Below, one piece after another: positions 19,498 to 29,528 of a stretch of DNA of 64,000 nt. Where the stretch lies: contig JBAYUI010000002.1 of the NCBI GenBank assembly GCA_041675165.1, positions 376 through 64,375 of the forward strand, given 5' to 3'. The DNA is from Parcubacteria group bacterium. Lineage in GTDB: Bacteria; Patescibacteriota; Minisyncoccia; Moranbacterales; UBA2206. The stretch's first letter is position 1. Each line of letters starts with the position of its first letter. The translations under genes and the position numbers were made by a program. The notes under the pieces are model-generated. The model was not told the origin of the DNA, did not search any database, and was given only the letters and a program-made list of their open reading frames with translations.

Positions 19498-20301
19498 ATG
19501 AAAAATATTTTTGAAGAGATAAAAAGAATCAATGAATATGGAAGTGAATATTGGTCGGCGCGGGAGCTGTCTAAGGCGCTTGATTATTTTGATTATCGTA
19601 ATTTTATAAAGGCCGTAGATAAGGCCAAAGAAGCTTGCAAAAATAGTGGAGAAGTTATCCACAACCATTTTGTTGATGCCAACGAAATGGTTGCAATTGG
19701 TTCTAGCGCAAAAAGACAGGTAGATACGATTTATTTGTCCCGCTATGCTTGCTATTTGATTATTCAAAATTCTGACCCATCTAAAGAAATTGTTGCTTTG
19801 GGGCAGACATATTTTGCGTTGCAAACTAGACGGCAAGAAAAGACTGATCAGTTGATAGAAGACAGCAAGCGGATCAATTTGCGCCAGGAAATGAAAAAGC
19901 ATAATACTTCTTTGGCAGAAGCGGCGACAAATGCCGGAGTGGAAAATTATGGCAAGTTCCAAAACTATGGCTATAAAGGATTGTATGGCGGGCTGGATGC
20001 CAATGATATCCATGAAAAGAAAAAATTGAAAAAATCACAAAAAATTTTGGATCACATGGGCAGTGAAGAATTGGCCGCAAATTTGTTCCGTGCTACGCAA
20101 GCTGATGCAAAATTACGTCGGGAAAAAATCCAAGGCGAGATGAATGCGAATCTGACGCATTACGCAGTCGGACAAAAAGTTCGGAAAACCATCGAAGAGT
20201 TGGGCGGCGAAATGCCCGAAGATCTGCCCAGCACTGATGGCATCTGCCAAGCCAAGACTCGCGTTAGGAAAATAGACCAGAAGAAGATAGTAGGAGAGTA
20301 A
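19498..20301 (+). CDS. dinD: DNA-damage-inducible protein D homolog
   Basis: Strong similarity to the DinD family: EEIKRINEYGSEYWSARELSKALDY, RYACYLIIQN, GQTYFALQTRRQE, AGVENYGKFQNYGYKGLYGG. Low-GC context. Confidence 0.8.
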   Translation: MKNIFEEIKRINEYGSEYWSARELSKALDYFDYRNFIKAVDKAKEACKNSGEVIHNHFVDANEMVAIGSSAKRQVDTIYLSRYACYLIIQNSDPSKEIVALGQTYFALQTRRQEKTDQLIEDSKRINLRQEMKKHNTSLAEAATNAGVENYGKFQNYGYKGLYGGLDANDIHEKKKLKKSQKILDHMGSEELAANLFRATQADAKLRREKIQGEMNANLTHYAVGQKVRKTIEELGGEMPEDLPSTDGICQAKTRVRKIDQKKIVGE

Positions 20302-20388
20302 AGATTAAAAAATATTACTTTTATTGCATTTTTGCCAATTTTTATTTAGTGGAGTATGCTGGAGGAGTTTAAAGTTGAGGAAAGGGGC

Positions 20389-20417
20389 TTGACGGTGCGG
20401 AGTTATTGATATATAAT
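20389..20417 (+). promoter_or_regulatory. Strong sigma70-type promoter upstream of the 493-aa nuclease-like ORF
   Basis: TTGACG, 17-nt spacer, TATAAT. Confidence 0.5.
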
Positions 20418-20547
20418 TTACGCATAAAAACAGAAACACAAAAGGAAAGAAGAAAAATTTACGATTTTTGTCCGACAGACTGAAAAAGGACCGAATCTTA
20501 AAATCAAATACGGGTGAGTTTGCTTTTAAAAAAGGAAATTAGAAAGT

Positions 20548-22029
20548 ATGCCGCGACAATGCGTAGTATATTTTCTGGTTTCCTTTTTTTGTGGCATTAT
20601 GGCAATTTTATTAAGTGAATATTTAGGAGTAGATGCAAAAACTTTAAAAAATAAAGGCGTGTTCGACATGGTTATAGGGATAGATACGAAACTCTTTATT
20701 GATCCTCTTTTATTCAAAAAATGTGGAATTGCAGAATTTGTAGATTCCCGAAAAAAAATAATATTATATTTTAAAAAAGTTGTATCTCTTATAAAATATT
20801 TTTCAAACGATAGGGCACGTGAAGCTGCCATTCAATTGCTTACCTTTCCGGAACCTAAGGGCGTATCAATTGGTTATGGTTCAGACAATGATGATGGAAA
20901 TGCGATTGGACCAAAACTTGCAAAGCGACTAGCTGAATCTGGTCGAGAGATTTACGAAATGGGGATAGAAGATCCAGAAATATTTGAATTATTAGGATTA
21001 TTTGAAGAAGATTTTGGTCCTGACAGACTAAGTGATATGATAATAAATATAGTGTTATCTGATTTTTTTCGATATACTGAAAGAATTTGCGATGAACTTA
21101 AAATTAAACATACTTATGAATTTTTCCATGAGGATCATGAATTTTATTTGCCTCAACATCCCGATAAGCATGGATATTTGATATTTATTCCTGAGAAATT
21201 TCTTAGAAATTTGCCCGTAGCTTCTTCATGGGAGGAGGTGTGCGAATCCGCTCGATTTAATCAGGAATTGAGGAATCGTTTGAACAAGATGATGGCGGGT
21301 GTATTTAAAGGAAGCCATAGTAAAACAACAAAAAAACAATTAAGAGAGATTATTTTTAATAATAAAAATAATGTAAAGGAGCTTCTGGATGTGTATAAGG
21401 AGCTTGATCCGAGTGCATATGATTTTTTAGCTGATGTCCAGGGACACGGATTGTGGTATCAGAAGGGGAAAGAGATATTCGAAAAATATTATGAGTCTGA
21501 AAAATGCGAGAAACCAAAAAACATATGCGACCTTGATTCGTTTGTAGTGCGCATGATCAATCAATATAAGAGGGCAATTGAGGAAGTGGGCGCGAATAAA
21601 ATTTTATACTCTTTTAAAAAAGACAAATTTCATCCACATCGAGAGGAAATTGCTCAGCTTGTATTCTTGATTGTTGCAGATCTGAATTGCCAAAAGCAAG
21701 GAGTGTTTCTCGCCAGAGAATCAAATTATGGGCATGGCCCAGTAGATTTCTCCTTGGGGATAGGATATGATGAAAAAATTTTGGTGGAAATTAAAAAAAG
21801 TTCTAACCCTAATCTAATAAAGGGTTATATGGCACAACTTCCTGATTATGAAAAAAGTGAACATTCTGCAAAAAGTTATTTCGTAGTTTTGATTGTTGAT
21901 GAAAATAAAGAAAAAATCAAAAGACTTCTATCTAAAAAAACAGAGGCTAATAAAGAAGGGAAGAAATCCCCTGATATTATACTTATAGATGCAACAATTA
22001 AACCGTCTCCTAGTAAGCTAAGAACTTAA
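20548..22029 (+). CDS. Large hypothetical protein with a C-terminal PD-(D/E)xK nuclease-like motif
   Basis: 493 aa, very AT-rich. C-terminal GHGPVDFSLGIGYDEKILVEIKKS fits a D...E-x-K restriction-endonuclease-like core. The N-terminal ~350 aa match no family. Start uncertain. Confidence 0.55.
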   Translation: MPRQCVVYFLVSFFCGIMAILLSEYLGVDAKTLKNKGVFDMVIGIDTKLFIDPLLFKKCGIAEFVDSRKKIILYFKKVVSLIKYFSNDRAREAAIQLLTFPEPKGVSIGYGSDNDDGNAIGPKLAKRLAESGREIYEMGIEDPEIFELLGLFEEDFGPDRLSDMIINIVLSDFFRYTERICDELKIKHTYEFFHEDHEFYLPQHPDKHGYLIFIPEKFLRNLPVASSWEEVCESARFNQELRNRLNKMMAGVFKGSHSKTTKKQLREIIFNNKNNVKELLDVYKELDPSAYDFLADVQGHGLWYQKGKEIFEKYYESEKCEKPKNICDLDSFVVRMINQYKRAIEEVGANKILYSFKKDKFHPHREEIAQLVFLIVADLNCQKQGVFLARESNYGHGPVDFSLGIGYDEKILVEIKKSSNPNLIKGYMAQLPDYEKSEHSAKSYFVVLIVDENKEKIKRLLSKKTEANKEGKKSPDIILIDATIKPSPSKLRT

Positions 22030-22099
22030 AATAAAAACAAGATTCGGCAAATAGGTCGATGCCGATATAATTCGAAATAATAACTAATAAAAAAATAAA

Positions 22100-22273
22100 A
22101 TGAACAGACTTGAAGTTTATCAAGGTAACGATGGAAAATATTACTGCAGGCTTGTGGCAAGCAATAATACTATTGTATGCTGGACAGAGGGATACAATTC
22201 ACACGAGAATGCCCTAAAGGCAGCAATGTGGATAAAAAAGAATGCTGGTTTTGCCATCATCATGGAAAAATAA
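22100..22273 (+). CDS. DUF1508 / YegP-family small protein
   Basis: 57 aa, MNRLEVYQGNDGKYYCRLVASNNTIVCWTEGYNSHENALKAAMWIKKNAG, the canonical YegP repeat. Missed by the >=60-aa ORF track. Confidence 0.7.
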   Translation: MNRLEVYQGNDGKYYCRLVASNNTIVCWTEGYNSHENALKAAMWIKKNAGFAIIMEK

Positions 22274-22657
22274 TTTCACATTTCATTAGAACCTGAGGAA
22301 TGACTTATGCTGTCGTTGGATATAAAACTACGATGATTGCGGATTTTACCCGCGGGACATAAGAACAATGATTCCAATTGTGATTGAAGAAGTTATTTTG
22401 CAAGAACCAGCTCGATTAGGGCTGGTTTTTGTTTCCACTGGAATTCCCCGTTTGTGTTGTCTGGGATTTTTGATAAGCTCAAGGGTGAGAAAGAGCTGAT
22501 TTTTTTGAAGGAGAAAAATATCAAGCATTGCATCGGCTTTGAAAATAGATGAAATTGTTGAAAGAATTAATTCATGAATTAACTCCTGAATTTTAAAAGG
22601 GCAAACTCCGCTTTGAGGAATTTGCCCTTTTGTTTTTTGCGATACAAGCCAACTGGA

Positions 22658-23338
22658 TCAGATTTGTTTTCTGCCCAACTTGATGTCGATAGCCTCGAAG
22701 ATGTATTTGACGTATTCGGTGATTGTCATGCCTTCTGGTCGGGCACTCGGATCGTTTTCTGTGGATTCATCGGCGCGACGCAAGATTTCTTGCACCTGTT
22801 CGTCATCGAAACTGATGAGGCCGAGGAAATGATATTTTCCGAGCTCAAGCGCCAGGTCTTCCCATTCTTTGAGACCGGAGCAGGCGCCGGAACAGAAAAT
22901 TTGGAAGTGATGGCCTCTCTGGGATATGAAATAGAAAAACAGTTCGGCCGAGCCGCCCCATTCGCCGTTTTTCGGATTACGGCTTTCATGGGAACAGATA
23001 TGATTCTTGTGACGCGTCGTACGAGCCACTTTCTCCTGGCAGAAAATCCTGCAATTATTCTCGAAATCTTCACTAGGAAAACTTTTGCCGATTTTTTCTA
23101 CGAACCCGAAATGATGTTGGGCCTGGTAGAAAATACTGGTGCTCCAGACCGCGCGGCGCTCGGGAACCGCAGTCAGGCCATTTTCCAGCATCAGCGTCAG
23201 CACATCTTCGGTTGCGCCGGCAAAGGTTCTCTCTATCCACCGATCATCATTATTGAAAAAGCGCCGGTAGAGTTCAGGATGATCCTTCTCCTTGACTATG
23301 ATTGGAGCAAGGTCTTCGATTCTGTTGATTGATGACAT
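22658..23338 (-). CDS. Hypothetical protein, possibly heme-oxygenase-like/TenA-type all-alpha fold
   Basis: 226 aa from MSSINRIEDLAP..., SD ggagag 5 nt upstream. The family assignment is a weak guess. Confidence 0.45.
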   Translation of the reverse strand: MSSINRIEDLAPIIVKEKDHPELYRRFFNNDDRWIERTFAGATEDVLTLMLENGLTAVPERRAVWSTSIFYQAQHHFGFVEKIGKSFPSEDFENNCRIFCQEKVARTTRHKNHICSHESRNPKNGEWGGSAELFFYFISQRGHHFQIFCSGACSGLKEWEDLALELGKYHFLGLISFDDEQVQEILRRADESTENDPSARPEGMTITEYVKYIFEAIDIKLGRKQI

Positions 23339-23483
23339 GGCATCTCTCCTTCTCGTTTGATTTTTTTGGTTAGGTACAACGTTGATTAAAACAACATTGC
23401 ATAGTACCATCTGTACTATTTTGTGTCAAGCAGCTGAAATTTACCGTTTCAAAACACTAAACTGGAAAAAAAGTGGCCACATC

Positions 23484-23517
23484 GGTCGTGCAGGTTCGAG
23501 TCCCGCTCTGGGCACGA
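23484..23517 (+). other. tRNA-like 3' fragment (T-arm-like GGTTCGAGTCC plus acceptor-like strand) followed by a terminator
   Basis: ggtcgtgcaggttcgagtcccgctctgggcacga has a T-loop consensus but no matching 5' half nearby. Confidence 0.3.
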
Positions 23518-23528
23518 TAAAATATGAA

Positions 23529-23558
23529 AGAGACTTTTTGCTGGTCTCTTTTTTATTG
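23529..23558 (+). terminator. Rho-independent terminator
   Basis: agagac-tttttgctg-gtctct then tttttatt. Confidence 0.55.
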
Positions 23559-23720
23559 CGCTGGAATTTTCCGGCAGGGAACAAATTTTCCATAGCCTAC
23601 AAATGCCTGAAGCAAGCTGTTTTTAGCACTACTATTGACTTTTTGTCAAAAATGTGCTATTATTCTTAGAATTCTGAAAAATGGATTCGATCGGTAAATA
23701 AGTTCTTTTCAGCGCATCTT

Positions 23721-24128
23721 TTGGCTGACAAATTGAAAACCTTTTACGGAGGAACGGAAATGATGGAGAATAAGATGAAAGAAGCTGAAATTGAGGAAGA
23801 AGGTTTTTGGGACTATGCGAGAATGACAATCGCGTCATTGGTAGCAGTTGCCTTTCTTTGTATCTTGGGCGTGCATTTTTTCTTCGGAATAGATGCGCTT
23901 TATCAAGATGGTCATTTCAGCTATGAGCTTGGAAATCATCCTGGCGTGACAGAAATCAGCAGCATTTGCAGGAGGGATTTTTTTCCGGAAATAATTCAAG
24001 AGGAGTCTGCCACATCAAACGCTTTGGGGCCTATTATGCCTAAGGAGAGTGATTTGACGGGGGAATGGTTTTCAGGGAGACTTGTATGGCCTGCTATCTG
24101 GCTAGAAAAATCAGAAAAGGAGAAATGA
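23721..24128 (+). CDS. Hypothetical small membrane protein
   Basis: 135 aa with one TM helix (IASLVAVAFLCILGVHFFFGI). Confidence 0.4.
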   Translation: MADKLKTFYGGTEMMENKMKEAEIEEEGFWDYARMTIASLVAVAFLCILGVHFFFGIDALYQDGHFSYELGNHPGVTEISSICRRDFFPEIIQEESATSNALGPIMPKESDLTGEWFSGRLVWPAIWLEKSEKEK

Positions 24129-24425
24129 CGCATGTACAATAAGGAAGAAGGCGGCAATGTCCCGTCTACAAAAACGGAAACGGGCAAAGGGACTATAAGC
24201 CCATATAGCCAATATTCCCAAAAAGATAGGGAGGAGATTTATCAAGTCCTTGAAGGAGTGAAGAAAGTTCTAGATTCCATGTTTTAGGAGGCGGTAATCC
24301 GCTGGAAAATGGAATAGCCATTCGTCAAAATCTGACGGACGGCTATTTTTTATTCTCGTGGATTGTCAATCGGCTCCGAAATGGTATAATTATAACAGAT
24401 AAAAAAACAAAATTAGAAGCGTGGA

Positions 24426-25733
24426 ATGAATGATCCGATAATCCAGGTCGACCATTTGAAAGTTATTTATAACAAGGGCAAACAGAACGAAGTGCGCTCT
24501 CTTTTTGATGTGAGCGTGAAGATCTATCCGAAGGAATACGTCATCATCTATGGCCCGTCCGGCTGCGGCAAATCCACCTTGCTCTATTCAATGTCGGGGC
24601 TCCAAGCTCCGACCGAAGGACAGGTCATGGTGGAAGGCAAAAATCTATCCAATATATCCAAAAAAGACATGGTGGAATTGCATCAGGTCGGCATCGGAAT
24701 GATCTTCCAGGCTTTTTATCTGATCGCATCCTTGAGTGTTTTGGAAAATGTCTGTCTGCCGAAAGTTTTCCGCGGAGAATCCAAGAAAGAGCGACAGGAA
24801 GAGGGTATAAAATTGTTACATCGTTTCAGCATTGTGGAGCAGGCCAAAAAATTTCCCAGCGAACTTTCCGGCGGACAGCGCCAACGGGTGTCCATTGCTC
24901 GATCATTGGTCAACAATCCGCAGATCATTTTTGCCGATGAACCTGTGGGAAACCTCGACTCGGAATCTTCGGAAAATGTGATGCGGATCTTGAAAGAGCT
25001 CAATGAGGTGGACAAGAAAACTATCATTCTGGTGACCCACAACCCAGATCATCTGCACTATGCCGATCGGATCATCTATATGAAAGATGGCAAGGTGGTC
25101 AAAGAAGAAGTGAACAAGGAAAAGCGTCCGATAGATGCCATCAATATTCCGGAAGTCAATTACGGAGAGCTTTCCAATGAATTGAAATTGCTTATGCGCA
25201 CTTTCAAGAACTTGAGTCTGGCGCAGATTGGATCTTTAATGGTGCCCTTTAAAGCGAATCAGCTGATGTCGCATATCTTGTCAGAACTCAGCCGTGAACA
25301 GGTGCAAACGGCGGAAGGTTATCTGAAAGAATTTTTGTTCAAAAATATCGACGCGGAAACCCTGTTTAAAGATTTGGATATGAAATATGAGGCTGGCGGG
25401 GCGGACTGGAACAGAAGAAGGGCGCAATCGTTCATCGAAAGAGTGACGGCCATCACCGAACTCTCAAGGATAATAACGGAAAAGAACGAGACTGAATCGT
25501 CGGAAGCGATGGCGATCTATTTGACGCGGTTGTTCAAATTGAAATTGGATAAAGAAACTGGGAAGATCCTCGCCTCCTTCTTGCGGTTGCGGATCAGGAA
25601 TAAGATCGACAGGGAAGAGCTGGAAAAAAGATTGGATGCTCCGAAAAGGCTGGGTGGCGCGGGGATGCACAGCGTTACAGCGGATAAGATTTCCCGCGAA
25701 GTGGAAATCATTATGCTTATGAAATATAGTTGA
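24426..25733 (+). CDS. ABC transporter ATP-binding protein (MacB/LolD/FtsE-type) with a ~200-aa C-terminal extension
   Basis: Walker A GPSGCGKST, signature LSGGQRQRVSIARSL, Walker B IFADEP, H-loop. Extra C-terminal domain of unknown function. Confidence 0.9.
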   Translation: MNDPIIQVDHLKVIYNKGKQNEVRSLFDVSVKIYPKEYVIIYGPSGCGKSTLLYSMSGLQAPTEGQVMVEGKNLSNISKKDMVELHQVGIGMIFQAFYLIASLSVLENVCLPKVFRGESKKERQEEGIKLLHRFSIVEQAKKFPSELSGGQRQRVSIARSLVNNPQIIFADEPVGNLDSESSENVMRILKELNEVDKKTIILVTHNPDHLHYADRIIYMKDGKVVKEEVNKEKRPIDAINIPEVNYGELSNELKLLMRTFKNLSLAQIGSLMVPFKANQLMSHILSELSREQVQTAEGYLKEFLFKNIDAETLFKDLDMKYEAGGADWNRRRAQSFIERVTAITELSRIITEKNETESSEAMAIYLTRLFKLKLDKETGKILASFLRLRIRNKIDREELEKRLDAPKRLGGAGMHSVTADKISREVEIIMLMKYS

Positions 25734-25737
25734 TTTT

Positions 25738-26946
25738 ATGAAATTCAAAGACCTATTCCTATTATCCACCCGGATGTTCAAGGCGCGGCCGTCGCGGACT
25801 TTTTTGACGATCCTCGGAATGAGTGTTGGTATTGGGGCGATCCTTTTCTTGGTTTCTTTCGGTTATGGTTTGCAAAGGACGCTTTTGCAAAAAATCACCA
25901 CTTCCGATTCACTTCTGACGCTGGATGTGACCTCGGACCGATCCAAAGGGGTGTCGCTTGATCAAGCGGCAGTGGACAAGATCGGCGCGGTCGGCGGCGT
26001 GGTTAAGGTCAGTCCCGCCTATCAGCTGGATACGCGCGGAAACATCGATAGCCTTTCCGCCGATTTTACGGCGATGGTGGTGGAACCCGATTATATAAAA
26101 CTGGGAGGGCTTAAGGCGTCAGCCGGAATTTTATTGAGCGACAATGACCCGACAGGGATTGCCATCTCCACTTCTACGGCCAAGATCTTCGGCAAGGAAC
26201 CCGTCGAACTTATCGGTAAAAATATCAATCTGTCTTTTTCCACGCCCAAAAATTCCAACGGAAAATCCGATACTAGTAATAATGCGGAAAAAATAACCAT
26301 TCCGGAAAGCCAGTTTAAGATCTTGGGAGTTTTCGATAGTGATGACAGTTTGATATATGCCAACGCCAAGGCTTTCAGCGGTACGCAGGCGACTGTTTTC
26401 AGCCAATTGAAAGTGAAATGCCAAGAGAGCAAGATAATGCCGGGAATACAAGGTGAGATAAAAAACTTAGGATTTTCCGTTTCTTCCATTTCTGACACAG
26501 TCGATCAGGCCAACAAGATATTCGGAATAATAAAAGTGATCCTTATGCTTTTCGGCTGTATCGCGCTTATCGTCAGCGCCATCGGAATGTTCAACACAAT
26601 GACTATCACGCTTTTGGAGCGGACGGAAGAGATTGGAATCATGAAATCCATCGGAGCATCGAATTCGATGATTTCTTGGATGTTCATTATGGAAGCAACC
26701 ATTATGGGATTTTTAGGGGGGCTTATTGGGATCATCATCGGTTGGGTGGAGGGCCAAGCTTTCAATCTGATCATTAATCTAGTGGCGAACCATTTTGGTG
26801 GAGAAAAAGTCAGCCTGTTCTATAGTCCGTTATGGTTTGTCTCGGCTGTTATCGCCTTTTCCGCTTTCGTCGGACTTCTGACGGGGATTGTGCCGGCGCG
26901 GCGTGCGAGTAAGATCGATCCGTTGGAGGCGTTGAGGTATAAATAA
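25738..26946 (+). CDS. ABC transporter permease, FtsX/MacB family
   Basis: N-terminal TM helix, ~230-aa periplasmic domain, three C-terminal TM helices, FtsX-like conserved region. Confidence 0.85.
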   Translation: MKFKDLFLLSTRMFKARPSRTFLTILGMSVGIGAILFLVSFGYGLQRTLLQKITTSDSLLTLDVTSDRSKGVSLDQAAVDKIGAVGGVVKVSPAYQLDTRGNIDSLSADFTAMVVEPDYIKLGGLKASAGILLSDNDPTGIAISTSTAKIFGKEPVELIGKNINLSFSTPKNSNGKSDTSNNAEKITIPESQFKILGVFDSDDSLIYANAKAFSGTQATVFSQLKVKCQESKIMPGIQGEIKNLGFSVSSISDTVDQANKIFGIIKVILMLFGCIALIVSAIGMFNTMTITLLERTEEIGIMKSIGASNSMISWMFIMEATIMGFLGGLIGIIIGWVEGQAFNLIINLVANHFGGEKVSLFYSPLWFVSAVIAFSAFVGLLTGIVPARRASKIDPLEALRYK

Positions 26947-26975
26947 AAAAAGTATTTTTATTTTGTTGAAAAATA

Positions 26976-27003
26976 AAACCAGTCCGAAAAACGACTGGTT
27001 TTG
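26976..27003. terminator. Bidirectional hairpin terminator between the permease (+) and tRNA-Leu (-)
   Basis: accagtc-cgaaaaac-gactggt followed by tttg. Confidence 0.5.
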
Positions 27004-27010
27004 TCCATTG

Positions 27011-27093
27011 TGCCGAAAGAGAGAATCGAACTCTCATGGGATTGCTCCCGCGCGATTTTGAGTCGCGTGCGTCTACCGTTCCGCCATTTCGGC
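27011..27093 (-). tRNA. tRNA-Leu(CAA)
   Basis: Reverse complement folds as gccgaaa / tggcggaacggtagacgca / cgcga-ctCAAaa-tcgcg / long variable arm / agag-ttcgatt-ctct / tttcggc. 83 nt, type II tRNA. Confidence 0.85.
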
Positions 27094-27146
27094 AAATTTT
27101 GTATTTTACTTGTTCTATAGTACAATAAAGACAATACTTAGACATT

Positions 27147-27938
27147 ATGGCAAAAATAATTTCATTAGTCAACCAAAAGGGCGGGGTGGGCAAAACCACT
27201 TCGGCTATCAATCTGGCGACGTATCTGGCGTCCGCGGGGAAGTTCGTGCTGCTATGCGATCTTGATCCGCAGGGCAATGCTTCGTCCGGATTGGGATTGG
27301 ACGTGCGCAGCATCAAAAAGAGCCTCTATCATTCGATGATAATGGGGGAGCATCCTTCCAAAATAATCATCCGGACGGAAACTTTCGGACACGACCTCAT
27401 TCCCGCTTCGCAAGATCTGGCCGGAGCGGGCATCGAGTTGGTGCATATGGAGAATCGAGAATTCCGACTGTATAATGTTTTGCGAGAGATCCGCACCAAT
27501 TATGACTACATCATCATCGATTCTCCGCCGAGCCTTGGCCTCTTGACGATCAACGGCCTCGTGGCCAGTGATGAGATTATTATTCCGGTACAAACTGAAT
27601 ATTTCGCCTTGGAGGGCTTGAGCCAGCTTCTGAATACGATCGATCTGGTGCGCGAAAATTTGCAGCCGAATTTGAAGATTATGGGCGCGCTCCTCACGAT
27701 GTATGATAAGCGCAACCGTTTGGCTCGCCAAGTGGTGCGCGAGATCCAAGATCATTTTCCGGGGCATGTTTTCGATTCTGTCGTGCCGCGTTCGGTCAGA
27801 TTGGCGGAAGCTCCTGGATTTGGAAAATCAATTTTGAGTTTTGATTCTTTGTCCAAGGGGGCGCGAGCGTATAAGAATTTGGCGCGGGAAATCATCGAAA
27901 TGGACAAGAAAGATAGTCGGAAAGGATTTTCGGTCTGA
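27147..27938 (+). CDS. parA: Chromosome partitioning ATPase ParA/Soj
   Basis: KGGVGKTT deviant Walker A, 263 aa, followed by parB. Confidence 0.95.
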   Translation: MAKIISLVNQKGGVGKTTSAINLATYLASAGKFVLLCDLDPQGNASSGLGLDVRSIKKSLYHSMIMGEHPSKIIIRTETFGHDLIPASQDLAGAGIELVHMENREFRLYNVLREIRTNYDYIIIDSPPSLGLLTINGLVASDEIIIPVQTEYFALEGLSQLLNTIDLVRENLQPNLKIMGALLTMYDKRNRLARQVVREIQDHFPGHVFDSVVPRSVRLAEAPGFGKSILSFDSLSKGARAYKNLAREIIEMDKKDSRKGFSV

Positions 27939-28122
27939 ACCACTGATTGTCACATGAGGGCGCATGATTACACTGAATTGAAAAGACTTTTATTGGAAGA
28001 ATTGTTTGAATGCGGCGTTGAATAATCCTAATTTATATTTTATTTATTTAAAAAACATTAACCATTATTGATTTTAATTCACGTGTAATCAGGAAAATCA
28101 CGTGATAATCAGTGGTTCAGAA
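27935..28122. repeat. Second copy of the CACGTG-core palindromic element, split by a ~100-bp AT-rich spacer. Bridges the parA stop and the parB start
   Basis: Left arm tctgaaccactgattgtcacatgagggcgcatgattacactgaatt (27935-27978). Right arm aattcacgtgtaatcaggaaaatcacgtgataatcagtggttcagaa (28076-28122). Confidence 0.7.
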
Positions 28123-28126
28123 TCTT

Positions 28127-29080
28127 ATGGCACAAAACTATGGACTCGGGAGGGGATTATCTTCTCTTATCCCGCAAAAAAGCAAATCCGTTGATGAGGC
28201 GGGAGCAACGATAGACGGACCCAAAGAGGACTTCAACTATTTCGGAAACCGGCCGGCGGCCAAAGCGGTTGCGGAAGATGATATGCCGGTTGAGCAGACG
28301 ATTTCAACAGGCAAGGAATCCGTCCAAGAGATCAATGTTTCCGACATCGTTCCCAATCCTCAACAACCTAGGACAGAATTCAATGTGGAAAAATTGCAGG
28401 AGCTGGCGGATTCGATCAAGACTCATGGAATCATTCAACCTTTGATCGTTACGAAAAAAGACGTGGGGTTTGAGTTGATTGCGGGCGAAAGAAGATTGCA
28501 AGCCGCGAAATTAGCGGGTCTTGCGACCGTGCCTGTCATTTCGCGTGTGGCGGATGAGCAGAATAAACTGGAATTAGCCATTATTGAAAATGTGCAGCGG
28601 CATGATTTGAATGTGATTGAAGAGGCGGCTTCATACAAGAAGCTGGCGGAAGAATTTGGACTCAGCCAAGAAGCGGTGGCCCTCAAGATGGGGAAGAGTC
28701 GGAGCGCAGTGGCGAACAAGATGCGCTTGCTCACTTTGCCGATCGAAATCCAAAAGGCGCTTATCGCGGGAAAGATAACCGAAGGGCATGCCAAATTGCT
28801 TCTGGCCATTCCTAATCCTGAAAAACAGCGGGCTTTTTATGAAATGATTTTGAAAGACAAGCTCACTGTCCGTCAGACGGAGAGCCGGACCAATGAAATT
28901 TCCGTGCGCACGCACAAAAGAAAAGTGTCGATCGATCCTGAAGTGAAAAGCTTGGAAGATAATTTTTCAGCCATTCTCGGCACCAAGGTCAAAATCAAAA
29001 AAGCCGGCGGCGGCGGTCGGATCATCATTGAATATTATTCCCAAGAAGAATTGGATGGGATTTTGGGGAAGATCAAGTAG
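28127..29080 (+). CDS. parB: Chromosome partitioning protein ParB/Spo0J
   Basis: N-terminal GLGRGLSSLIP, ParB box IIQPLIV...LIAGERRLQAAKLAGL, HTH. The ATG at 28127 is preferred over the 28112 start in the ORF track. Confidence 0.93.
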   Translation: MAQNYGLGRGLSSLIPQKSKSVDEAGATIDGPKEDFNYFGNRPAAKAVAEDDMPVEQTISTGKESVQEINVSDIVPNPQQPRTEFNVEKLQELADSIKTHGIIQPLIVTKKDVGFELIAGERRLQAAKLAGLATVPVISRVADEQNKLELAIIENVQRHDLNVIEEAASYKKLAEEFGLSQEAVALKMGKSRSAVANKMRLLTLPIEIQKALIAGKITEGHAKLLLAIPNPEKQRAFYEMILKDKLTVRQTESRTNEISVRTHKRKVSIDPEVKSLEDNFSAILGTKVKIKKAGGGGRIIIEYYSQEELDGILGKIK

Positions 29081-29267
29081 ATTACGAACTACGAAATGAA
29101 CGAAATACGAAAAAGTCTTCATTCTAGGCGGAGTCTCCTTTTTGAGGCCGTAGCCTTGGAAGCAGAAATGCGGTATTAGACACTGGGTGTCTAGCGCTAC
29201 TTAATCCTTCGCCTCGAGACACCCAGTGTCTGAGGGGTGCCGTCTTTCTTATGGATACTCTTGCATT

Positions 29268-29294
29268 AAAATGCCTTAAATCAGGCATTTTTTC
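29268..29294 (+). terminator. Rho-independent terminator ending a structured region downstream of parB
   Basis: aatgcct-taaatc-aggcatt then tttttcg. Confidence 0.6.
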
Positions 29295-29528
29295 GACAAG
29301 TCCTGGACAAAAAGTTGATTTGGGTGTATAATACACAGTTAGTATAAATTGTCCCTTAAAAACCCAATTTCGCGCTTTGCCACAGCAGAAAGAGTTTTTC
29401 TGAGAAGAATTTTTTCTGCTGTGGCGAAACCGTGGTGGTTAGCTTGACAGCGAACATTAAATTGATAAGTCTGTGACTCTGATTATTTAAATTGGAGCGA
29501 GGGACAAATCAGGAATGGAGGCAATATC

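Noticed and set aside
27935-28122. Canonical parS site
   Set aside because: The best core (aaTTCACGTGcAAt) has about 4 mismatches to tGTTTCACGTGAAACa. It is left as a divergent candidate only.
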